DNA of 64,000 nucleotides, taken from contig DATBAJ010000071.1 of NCBI GenBank assembly GCA_036271575.1, positions 65 to 64,064 of the forward strand. The letters are read 5' to 3'. The notes under the pieces are model-generated. The model saw only the letters and a list, made by a program, of their open reading frames with translations, was not told the origin of the DNA and did not search any database. The position numbers and the translations under genes were made by a program. This DNA is from Gammaproteobacteria bacterium. GTDB lineage: Bacteria > Pseudomonadota > Gammaproteobacteria > Natronospirales > REEB76. The stretch's first letter is position 1, and every line of letters starts with the position of its first letter. Shown here piece after piece: positions 46,318-54,208 of the stretch.

Positions 46318-47670
46318 ATGGCCAGCGGCAGCACACAGGCCGGACGCCAGGGTCCGGAACAGCGTGTGCGATTGCTCGCGGATCGCGCCGAGAGCCACGT
46401 CCGTGCCGGTGAACTTGCCGCCGCCCAGGCGCTATATCAACAGATCCTCGCCATCGAACCGCTGCATGCGGAGGCCCTGAGCTTCCATGCCACCGCGGCG
46501 CTGCAGGGCGGCGATCTCAAGCGCGGCGTGCAACTCCTGGAACAGGCGGTTGCGGCGCATCCCGCCAACCCCAATCTGCACAAGAACCTGGGGATCGCCT
46601 ACCGCGCGTCGGGCGATCCGCAGCGTGCGCTGGCGGCTTTCGCCCGCTCTGCCGAACTCAAGCCCGACATGGTGGCGACTCTGTTCAACCAGGGGGCGCT
46701 GCTGACCGAGCTCGGCCGCCGCGACGAAGCCCTGTCCTGCTACATGCGCGCCTTCGAGGCGGCGGAGGCGGTTGGCCTGTTCCTGGATGTGGCGAAGATC
46801 CCCTCCGGCATCCGGGTGTTGGCGGAACAAGCCATGGGCATATTGCGCGAGGCACGCTACGAGGTGTTCCGCGCGGCGCTCGCACCTGTCGAACGCGAGC
46901 ATGGGCGCGCGTCCCTGCAGCGGGTCTGGCATTGCCTGGAATCGTATCTCGGACGGCGGCCGCAGATCGCGCTGCCGGCCTTGCAGCGGCCCACTTTCAT
47001 GAGCTTCCCCGGCCTGCCGGCTCGCGCCTGGTATGAGCGCGATGAATTCCCATGGATGGCGCAACTGGAACGCGAGACCAGTGCGATCCGCGAGGAACTA
47101 CGCGCGGTGCTGGCCAAGGACGAGGGCTTCCGGCCCTTCGTGCAGATGTCGCGCGAACATCCGGGTGCCGCCTACTGGGACAAGCTCAACGATTCGCCGA
47201 ACTGGAACGCTTTCTTCTTCTACCGGGATGGCGAGCGCTTCACCGATAACCATGCGCGTTGTCCAGTGACCTCGAATGTCCTGGACACCGCACCCTTGAA
47301 CCGGATCGCAGAGCATTCCCCGGAGGCGCTGTATTCGGTACTGACGCCGGGCGCCCACATCCCGCCCCACACCGGCGTCATCAACGTGCGTCTGGTGGTG
47401 CACCTGCCGCTGATCGTGCCGCCCGACTGCGGCATCCGCGTGGGTTCCGAGACCCGTGGCTGGACCGAGGGCCAGTGCATCGCCTTCGACGATACCTACG
47501 AACACGAGGCCTGGAACAAGAGCAACCAGACCCGGGTGGTGATGATCTTCGACATCTGGAATCCGGCCCTGAGCTTGCCCGAGCGCGAAGGCATGCGACT
47601 CGCCATCGAGGCGCTGGGCCGCTTCAACCGGAGCCATGGGGGCACTGCGAAGCTGTTTGCTGAGCAGTGA
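46318..47670 (+). CDS. TPR-repeat protein fused to an aspartyl/asparaginyl beta-hydroxylase (cupin) domain
   Basis: 450 aa from ATG 46318, 1 nt after the pilZ stop. The N-terminal TPRs (..AQALYQQILAIEPLHAEAL..NPNLHKNLGIAYRASGDPQRAL..) precede a C-terminal ..GAHIPPHTGVINVRLVVHLPLIVP..AFDDTYEHEAWN.. Asp/Asn beta-hydroxylase motif set. The track start at 46186 is a run-on in pilZ. Confidence 0.75.
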   Translation: MASGSTQAGRQGPEQRVRLLADRAESHVRAGELAAAQALYQQILAIEPLHAEALSFHATAALQGGDLKRGVQLLEQAVAAHPANPNLHKNLGIAYRASGDPQRALAAFARSAELKPDMVATLFNQGALLTELGRRDEALSCYMRAFEAAEAVGLFLDVAKIPSGIRVLAEQAMGILREARYEVFRAALAPVEREHGRASLQRVWHCLESYLGRRPQIALPALQRPTFMSFPGLPARAWYERDEFPWMAQLERETSAIREELRAVLAKDEGFRPFVQMSREHPGAAYWDKLNDSPNWNAFFFYRDGERFTDNHARCPVTSNVLDTAPLNRIAEHSPEALYSVLTPGAHIPPHTGVINVRLVVHLPLIVPPDCGIRVGSETRGWTEGQCIAFDDTYEHEAWNKSNQTRVVMIFDIWNPALSLPEREGMRLAIEALGRFNRSHGGTAKLFAEQ

Positions 47671-47780
47671 CCGGGATGCAGGGACAGCATCCCAGGGCTT
47701 TCGGCGCAGCAGGATGCGGAAGCCGAAAGGAAGCATCAGTCCTGGCCTGGATCCGAGCTGTACGGGATATCGACTGCAAT

Positions 47781-47809
47781 AAAAAAGCCACCTCGAAGGG
47801 TGGCTTTTT
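47781..47809. terminator. Bidirectional rho-independent terminator
   Basis: AAAAAAGCCACC-tcgaag-GGTGGCTTTTT: a 7-bp GC-rich stem flanked by an A-tract and a T-tract. It can terminate both convergent genes (stops at 47670 and 47828). Confidence 0.7.
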
Positions 47810-47827
47810 ACGTCAATGGCACGCCAA

Positions 47828-48865
47828 TCAGGCCGTAGCGCCGCCCTTGAGTACATATACGTCGAAGCCACGCTCGCTCAAGATGTAGGCACCGGCAGAG
47901 CTGCGGCGGCCGGTGTCGCAGTACACCACGTATTTCTTCTTCGAATCCAGGGTATCCAGCTTCAGGCGGATGAAGTAGAGCGGGATGTTGATGGCACCTT
48001 CCTGATGCTGGTTCTCGAATTCGCTGGGCAGGCGCACGTCCAGCCACTGGCCGCCGCCGGCTACGATCTTCTGCGCCTCGTCCATGGGGATCCACTTCTG
48101 GCTGGGCTCGTTCAAGAGCTTCTTGAAGTCGTCCTTGGCGAGCCGCACCAGCGAACCGTCGGTGAGCATGGCGATGGTGGCGTTGCGCTTGGCGTCGGAG
48201 ATCAGGGCCTCTTCGCCGAAGCCGTCGCCCGTCACCAACTCGGCGAGCTTGATGCCGGCCTTGTTGGTGGGGGTCTCGCGCGTCACCACGCATTTGCCGG
48301 AGGTGACGATGTAGAAATAGTCGCCCTCGTCACCCTGCTTGATGATGACATCGCCGGCCTTGCGCGCGATGTTCTCCATGCGCATCAGCACCGCCTGGAT
48401 GTTGGCGGGGGGGATGCGATGGAAAGCCTTGGTCTGGAGGATGGTGGTCATCCAGTCGTCGGCCGGAGCTTCTTCCTGGGCCTGCAGTTCACCGACTTCG
48501 AAGGCGCCGGTCTGGTCCCAGGTGAGCATGATATCCAGGAGGTCGCTGTCCACGCCGAACCACTCGACGTTGGTCTTGGCGCGGGCCGAGAGATGGCGCG
48601 GGATCTGCGGGGCGAGGGGATGGCGCGCTTCTTCGCTGCCGCCGGTGATGACACGCACAACCTTGTCGGCAGTGCGCAATTCGATCTCGCCCTTGACCAG
48701 GTACACGGTGCGCTTGTCGGCGTCGCCCTGACGAAATACATAGCGGCCGGCTTCGGTGTCCTGCACCTGGCTTTTGCCCGCGAGGTCGGCCTGGTTCTCG
48801 GGTTTGAGACCGCTCAGCGGCGAAAATTGCTTGATGAGTTCGCGGTCGAGGGGTCGGGGTGCCAT
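47828..48865 (-). CDS. Tandem cyclic-nucleotide-binding domains fused to a rhodanese domain
   Basis: 345 aa. CNB-1 (..YVFRQGDADKRTVYLVKGEIEL..) has a degenerate phosphate-binding cassette. CNB-2 (..IIKQGDEGDYFYIVTSGKC..GFGEEALISDAKRNATI..) keeps the FGE..R.A cassette. The C-terminal rhodanese has the active-site loop YCDTGRRS. Confidence 0.8.
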   Translation of the reverse strand: MAPRPLDRELIKQFSPLSGLKPENQADLAGKSQVQDTEAGRYVFRQGDADKRTVYLVKGEIELRTADKVVRVITGGSEEARHPLAPQIPRHLSARAKTNVEWFGVDSDLLDIMLTWDQTGAFEVGELQAQEEAPADDWMTTILQTKAFHRIPPANIQAVLMRMENIARKAGDVIIKQGDEGDYFYIVTSGKCVVTRETPTNKAGIKLAELVTGDGFGEEALISDAKRNATIAMLTDGSLVRLAKDDFKKLLNEPSQKWIPMDEAQKIVAGGGQWLDVRLPSEFENQHQEGAINIPLYFIRLKLDTLDSKKKYVVYCDTGRRSSAGAYILSERGFDVYVLKGGATA

Positions 48866-48985
48866 ATGCTTCTCTTCAGCCCTTCACTGCAACAGTAACT
48901 TGTTGTTCTGCCGGGAAATTCCCCACCGGGGAACCCCGGAATGGCCATTCTAGCATACCCCTGCTGCAGGCCATCCCGAGCGTCT

Positions 48986-49387
48986 TCACGCCTCCTTATG
49001 CGCCACCGGCACCGGCCGGCGGTTGGCACCGACGCGTACGTAGGTCATCTGTGCCGTGGCTACTTTCACGGTGGAATCCCGCTCGCCGTCGCTGCGCTGG
49101 GAGAACACCGTCACGTCTATCGCGATGGACGTGTTGCCAACCCGCGCCACATCGGTATAGAAACTGACCACGTCACCCACGTACACCGGGCTCACGAACA
49201 CGAAGTCGGTGACCGCCACGGTGACCACACGGCCGCCGGCGCGGCGGTAGGCGAGGATGGCACCGGCGATGTCGGCGTGGGACATGATCCATCCGCCGAA
49301 GATGTCGCCGAGGCCGTTGGTGTCCTTGGGCATGGCGAGAGTGCGGACTTCGGCAGGCCGGTCCGTGGGAAGGGTATCGAACTTCAT
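48986..49387 (-). CDS. Acyl-CoA thioesterase (hotdog fold, YciA-like)
   Basis: 133 aa from ATG 49387 (MKFDTLPTDRPAEVRTLAMPKDTNGLGDIFGGWIMSHADIAG..). ATGA overlap with the upstream fadB-like stop. The track start at 49501 is a run-on. Confidence 0.8.
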   Translation of the reverse strand: MKFDTLPTDRPAEVRTLAMPKDTNGLGDIFGGWIMSHADIAGAILAYRRAGGRVVTVAVTDFVFVSPVYVGDVVSFYTDVARVGNTSIAIDVTVFSQRSDGERDSTVKVATAQMTYVRVGANRRPVPVAHKEA

Positions 49388-51426
49388 GCCTTGGGTTCCC
49401 GCAGGGTGGCGGCACTCCAGCCGGCGTCGGGCTTGAAACGTTCGCCGTGCTTCTGGGCCTGCTTCTCGAGACGGGCTTTCAGGGCATCGACACCCGTGCA
49501 ACGGATGTAGTTCACTGGGCCGCCACGGAAGGGCGCGAAGCCGGTACCGAAGATCACGCCGGCGTCCAGCAGGTCCGCGTCGCCGACGATCTGCTCGCGC
49601 AGCACCATCACCGCTTCATTGAGCATGGGCAGGATCAGGCGATCCTGCAGGTCGGGATTGGCGGGACCGGCCTTGGACTTGTCCTTCTGCGGCTTGCCAT
49701 CCACATACTTGTAGTAGCCCTCGTTGGTCTTGCGGCCGAATTTCTTGGCTTCCACCAATTTGACCAGGCTGTCCGGGATCTTCTTGTTGAACTCCTTGGC
49801 GAAGACCTTGGCCACCGAAAGGCTCACGTCCAGGCCAACGGTGTCGGCGAGTTCGGCGGGACCCATGGGCATGCCGAAGTCCAAAGCCGCCTTGTCGATG
49901 GCCTCGAGACTGATACCATCGTCGTGAGCCAGCATGGCTTCCATCATGTAAGGCATGAGGATGCGGTTCACGAGGAAACCGGGTGCCGACTTCACCGGCA
50001 CCGCCAGCTTGTCGATGTGACGGGCGAAGGCCAGGGCCTTGGCCACCACTTCTTTCGGCGTATCGTCGGCGTGGATGACTTCCACCAGCGGCATCTTGGC
50101 CACCGGGTTGAAGAAATGCAGGCCCACGAGACGGGTCGGCTGCTTGAGCACGGTGCGCAGGGTCTCGAGCCGGATGCTGGAGGTGTTGGTTGCCAGCACT
50201 TCATCCGGACCCATCACTGCGTCGAGTTTCTTGTACAGGTCCTGCTTAGCGTTCACGTCCTCGAAGATGGCCTCGATGGCCACCTGGGCGTCTTTGGCGC
50301 CGGTACCGGCCACGTCCATCTTCAGGCGTGCCGTGGCGGCATCCACCTCGGCGCCCCGCAACTTCTTCTCGAACAGCTTGCGGGCGCGGCCCAGAGCCGG
50401 CTGAACATATTTCTCTTCCCGGTCCTGCAAGGTCACAGTGAAACCGCGCAGGGCGCACCAGGCGGCGATGTCGCCGCCCATAGTACCGGCGCCCACCACA
50501 TGCACATGCTTCAAGGCCAGGTCGGACTTCTTGCCCAGGGACTTCAGGCGGTCCTGCAGCAGGAACACGCGCATCAGGTTATGGGAGACGTCCAGTTCCA
50601 TCATCTTGGCGAAGGAGTGAGCCTCGGCCTCGTACTGCGCGTCACTCGCGTCGTACTTCTTCCACAGGTCGATGACCGCATAGGGCGCCGGGTAGTGATC
50701 GCGTCGCACCTTGGCGGCTTTCACCTGCTTGATGAGGACGTTTGCGATCAGTGGGCGCAGCAATGCCGAGCCCAGCAGTTTTTGGATGAAAGGGGCCTGG
50801 CGCTTGGGCATGTCTTTGAGAACGAGGCGCGCCGCGGTCGGCCGCGCCATATCTTCTTTCACCAATTTATCTATCAGCCCGATCTTGAGCGCTTCCTTGC
50901 CGCGCAGGTTGCGGCCGCTGAGCATGAAGCTCATGGCTGGCAGCACGCCGCATATGCGCACCGAGCGCACGGTGCCGCCGAAGCCCGGGTGTACGCCGAT
51001 CTTCACTTCCGGCAGACCCAAAGCCAGCTTGTCGTCATCCACGCCCACGCGATAGGTGCAGGCCATGGACAGTTCCAGGCCGCCACCCAGACAGAAACCC
51101 TGGATCAAGGCCGCGGAGGGACAGGGCAGCTTCTCGATCTGTTCCACGATCTGCTGGCCGCCGCGGGTGAGGCGGAACGCCTCGTCATGGGTGCGCAGGT
51201 CCTTGATCTCCTTGATGTCGGCACCGGCGATGAAGCCGCTCTTCTTCGCCGACCAGATCACCAAACCCTTGGGGTTCATCCCGGCGATCTGCTTCAGCTT
51301 CTCCGAGAGTTCGTACATGACCGCCGTGGACAACACGTTGGCGCTGGCGCCGGCCTTGTCGAAGCACAGCCAGACCACGCCGTCTGCGTCCTGCTCGATG
51401 CGCCAGTTTGGGTTGCTGTCGGCCAT
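49384..51426 (-). CDS. Bifunctional enoyl-CoA hydratase / 3-hydroxyacyl-CoA dehydrogenase (FadB/FadJ-like)
   Basis: 680 aa. N-terminal crotonase fold (..FIAGADIKE..GFCLGGGLEL..), then an NAD-binding HVVGAGTMGGDIA and a 3-hydroxyacyl-CoA dehydrogenase C-domain. Confidence 0.85.
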   Translation of the reverse strand: MADSNPNWRIEQDADGVVWLCFDKAGASANVLSTAVMYELSEKLKQIAGMNPKGLVIWSAKKSGFIAGADIKEIKDLRTHDEAFRLTRGGQQIVEQIEKLPCPSAALIQGFCLGGGLELSMACTYRVGVDDDKLALGLPEVKIGVHPGFGGTVRSVRICGVLPAMSFMLSGRNLRGKEALKIGLIDKLVKEDMARPTAARLVLKDMPKRQAPFIQKLLGSALLRPLIANVLIKQVKAAKVRRDHYPAPYAVIDLWKKYDASDAQYEAEAHSFAKMMELDVSHNLMRVFLLQDRLKSLGKKSDLALKHVHVVGAGTMGGDIAAWCALRGFTVTLQDREEKYVQPALGRARKLFEKKLRGAEVDAATARLKMDVAGTGAKDAQVAIEAIFEDVNAKQDLYKKLDAVMGPDEVLATNTSSIRLETLRTVLKQPTRLVGLHFFNPVAKMPLVEVIHADDTPKEVVAKALAFARHIDKLAVPVKSAPGFLVNRILMPYMMEAMLAHDDGISLEAIDKAALDFGMPMGPAELADTVGLDVSLSVAKVFAKEFNKKIPDSLVKLVEAKKFGRKTNEGYYKYVDGKPQKDKSKAGPANPDLQDRLILPMLNEAVMVLREQIVGDADLLDAGVIFGTGFAPFRGGPVNYIRCTGVDALKARLEKQAQKHGERFKPDAGWSAATLREPKA

Positions 51427-51504
51427 GGGGACTCCGGAGATGGGTGAGGGTCAAGGAAGGAGGCTAATCATAGGAAGCGGCTGGGGAGGCCGCAAGCATG
51501 CGAC

Positions 51505-52182
51505 CTATTCTGGCGCGAGTTTCTCCGATTCAAGGCCGGTGAAACGGGTGCCGGCAGGCACCTTGAGGAGACGGCTGCGGATCTCCTGGTCCACCCGGGT
51601 CATGCTCTGGTAGCGGGCGTCGTCCTCGCCGGTCTGGGTGCCGCTCAGGGTGCGCTGGATGAAGTTGCGGGCACCGCGCTGACGCAGGCGTGAAGCCTTC
51701 TCATACACGTCGAACCAGTCGCCGGTCACCCGGTCGCCGAAGCGCAGCCAGGCGTATTCACGCAGCACCGCCATGCGCGCCTCGTTGGCGGCGATATAGG
51801 CGCGAGCTTCGATGTCGCTCTGCAGCATCTCGCTGCTTTGGGCGCGCAGTTTCTTGCGCACCTCGGGCGGCAGTTTCAGTATCTCCATGTTGAGCAGGCG
51901 CCGGTCCACGCTGTCCATGAGTTCGCGACGCAGCGCCTGCAGGGGCTCGCGCTCCCGGCGCAAGCCCGTTTCGAACTCCAGCAGGTTGTCATGCACCGAT
52001 TGCTGCACCTCCGCAGTCATCTCTTTCAGCAAGGCTTCACGCAGGATGCGCAAGGGGTCGGTCAGTTCACCGTTCAGCCAGCCGCCCCAGGCCTGTTCCA
52101 TGTTGGCGCGGCGGCGATGGAACAGGAGCACGAGCCCGCAACCCAGAGTGAACAGCGTGACTCCGGCGAGCAGCCACTGCAT
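51505..52182 (-). CDS. Membrane-anchored hypothetical protein (predicted helical/coiled-coil)
   Basis: ATG 52182 (MQWLLAGVTLFTLGCGLVLLF..) overlaps the upstream EEP stop by 1 nt (TGATG). One N-terminal TM helix, then a charged helical region. No motif I recognise. The track start at 52212 would lie inside the EEP gene. Confidence 0.5.
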   Translation of the reverse strand: MQWLLAGVTLFTLGCGLVLLFHRRRANMEQAWGGWLNGELTDPLRILREALLKEMTAEVQQSVHDNLLEFETGLRREREPLQALRRELMDSVDRRLLNMEILKLPPEVRKKLRAQSSEMLQSDIEARAYIAANEARMAVLREYAWLRFGDRVTGDWFDVYEKASRLRQRGARNFIQRTLSGTQTGEDDARYQSMTRVDQEIRSRLLKVPAGTRFTGLESEKLAPE

Positions 52183-52925
52183 CAACGCGCTCCCCGCACC
52201 TGGAAGTCGCACACCAGGGGCAGGTGGTCCGAGAGTGGTATGCGCGGGATGCGAAAGTCCGTCACCTCGATCTCCGGGCTGTGCAGGATGAAGTCCAGTT
52301 GCCGGAACGGCCGGTTGCTGGGCCAGGAGGGCAGATTGGCGATATTGGCGTTGCTGAAGCCGCTGCGACGGATCAGCATGCCGATCTCATGGTCGCCCCA
52401 CAAGGTGTTGAAATCCCCCGCCAGGATCACCGGCTTGGTGGCTTGCTTCACCAGGGTCGCGAGATGGTGCATCTGTTGGTGCCGGTGGCTGCGCTTGAGG
52501 GACAGATGCACCAGGAACAGGCACACCTGGTCCAACTCCATCTCCATGATAAGCCGCTTGATGCCCAGCTCAAAGTAATGGGCCCGCTGCACCGCGTCCG
52601 GGTAACGGCTTAGGAATGCGTTACCCTGCTTATTGAGGATAGGCAGGCGGCGGTTGAGGGAGTTCAGGCCGTATTTGTTCTGGAAGTGCGGAGCGTGGCC
52701 GATCGCCTGGCCGATGGCCTCCGCCTGGTTGATGGATGAAGCGCGCGGCGACCCCAGATCCACCTCCACCAGGCCGACGATGTCTGGCTGCTGACCGCGG
52801 ATGAACTCGGTGATCTTCTCGAGATGCTTGCTGGTATTGCGCAAGTAACCCGCGCCCGGCAATGGCAGATGGAAGCCGGGTCCGGTGCCGGTGGCATAAC
52901 GGATGTTGTAGAGAAGCAGGCGCAA
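52182..52925 (-). CDS. Endonuclease/exonuclease/phosphatase (EEP) family protein
   Basis: 247 aa. ..LLLYNIRY..PDIVGLVEVD..LAGDFN..SDHLPLVCDF are the EEP catalytic motifs. Confidence 0.8.
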   Translation of the reverse strand: MRLLLYNIRYATGTGPGFHLPLPGAGYLRNTSKHLEKITEFIRGQQPDIVGLVEVDLGSPRASSINQAEAIGQAIGHAPHFQNKYGLNSLNRRLPILNKQGNAFLSRYPDAVQRAHYFELGIKRLIMEMELDQVCLFLVHLSLKRSHRHQQMHHLATLVKQATKPVILAGDFNTLWGDHEIGMLIRRSGFSNANIANLPSWPSNRPFRQLDFILHSPEIEVTDFRIPRIPLSDHLPLVCDFQVRGAR

Positions 52926-52982
52926 GCTGTGACGGCGGTTTAGAATCCTTGGAAGACACTATACCAGCCGGACTCCCAGAGC

Positions 52983-54083
52983 ATGGCGGTACAAGCCAGC
53001 GCAGGTAAAAGCCACGACGCCGTCCGCGTCTATACGGAAGGCGACGAGCTGTACGAGGACATGCTGGCGGCGATCCGCTCGGCGCGTCGCTGCGTGAAGT
53101 TCGAAAGCTACATATTCGCCGACGACGAGGTGGGGCGCCGTTTCATCGAGGCCCTGGTGGAACGTGCCAAAGCTGGCGTGCAGGTGCTGGTGTACATCGA
53201 CGCGGTGGGGTCACTGTTTTCGGGTCCCCGCGCGGTGGAGAAGGCCCTCAAGGACGGGGGCGTCGAGGTACGCTGGTTCCAGCGCTGGAACTGGCGCGAC
53301 CCGGCCCGTTATAACAGGCGCAACCACCGCAAGCTTCTGGTGGTGGACGGCCGCATCGGCTTCTTCGGCGGCTTCAATATCCACCGTGAGAACTCCCATT
53401 CGGTGTTCGGCGAGACCCGCTGGCGGGACACCCACGTCCGTGTCACCGGCGCGCTAGCGCGGGGTCTGCAGACCCTGTTCGATGCCTTCTGGCGCAACCA
53501 GGTGCGGCCACATCCGGAGCTGCAGGTGCCGGAGGGTATGCTCATCACCAACTACTCGCGCCGGGGCCGCAACCACCTGCATCGGCTCTATGGCCGCAAG
53601 TTCGCCGAGGCCAAGCGCTACATCCACCTCACCACCCCGTACTTCGTGCCGGATCGCCGTACCCGGCGGGAGCTGATGCGGGCAGCGCGGCGCGGGGTGG
53701 AGGTGCAGCTCCTGGTGCCGCACCGGATCGACGAGAAGCTGGCCCGGGTGGTGCAGTGGGCCGCCCACGCCCTCTACGGCAACCTGCTGGCGGCGGGGGT
53801 GCAGATCCACGAGTACCTGCCGCGCATGCTGCACGCCAAGACCCTGGTGGTGGACGGCGATTGGTGCACCGTGGGCACCGCTAACGTGGACTACCGGAGC
53901 TTCTTCCTGAACTACGAGCTGACCCTGGTCAGCACCGACCGGGCCTTGGTGGACCGGCTGGAAGCTGATTTCCAGGCGGACCTGAACCAGTCAGTGCGCA
54001 TCCAGCCCAAACGCTGGGAGAGGCGGCACCGCTGGCTCAAATTCCTGGAGACCCTCGGTTGGGCAGTACGACGCTGGCTTTGA
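52983..54083 (+). CDS. Phospholipase D superfamily enzyme, ClsB-like cardiolipin synthase
   Basis: 366 aa with two HKD motifs (NHRKLLVVDG.. and MLHAKTLVVDGDWCTVGTANVDYRS). No N-terminal TM helices, as in ClsB. It neighbours an EEP gene, and the E. coli clsB locus also contains an EEP-family gene (ybhP). Confidence 0.8.
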   Translation: MAVQASAGKSHDAVRVYTEGDELYEDMLAAIRSARRCVKFESYIFADDEVGRRFIEALVERAKAGVQVLVYIDAVGSLFSGPRAVEKALKDGGVEVRWFQRWNWRDPARYNRRNHRKLLVVDGRIGFFGGFNIHRENSHSVFGETRWRDTHVRVTGALARGLQTLFDAFWRNQVRPHPELQVPEGMLITNYSRRGRNHLHRLYGRKFAEAKRYIHLTTPYFVPDRRTRRELMRAARRGVEVQLLVPHRIDEKLARVVQWAAHALYGNLLAAGVQIHEYLPRMLHAKTLVVDGDWCTVGTANVDYRSFFLNYELTLVSTDRALVDRLEADFQADLNQSVRIQPKRWERRHRWLKFLETLGWAVRRWL

Positions 54084-54108
54084 AATTACTTTTAATAGTA
54101 CTCATAAT
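54080..54108 (+). promoter_or_regulatory. Candidate sigma70-type promoter in an AT-rich intergenic island
   Basis: TTGAAA (54080-54085), 17-bp spacer, CATAAT (54103-54108), about 100 nt upstream of the S9 peptidase ATG. Such matches arise easily by chance in AT-rich DNA. Confidence 0.3.
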
Positions 54109-54208
54109 ATATTGATATTTAATAAAATAGTTACTTGTTTTTCTGATAAACCACCCATGTTAAAGTGCAATGCCACCCCGGAATTTCCATTTGCTTAAGG
54201 AGCCGCGC

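Noticed and set aside
49447-51447. 666-aa plus-strand ORF antisense to the fadB-like gene
   Set aside because: It is a GC-driven open antisense frame. The sense strand encodes unmistakable crotonase plus 3-hydroxyacyl-CoA dehydrogenase domains.
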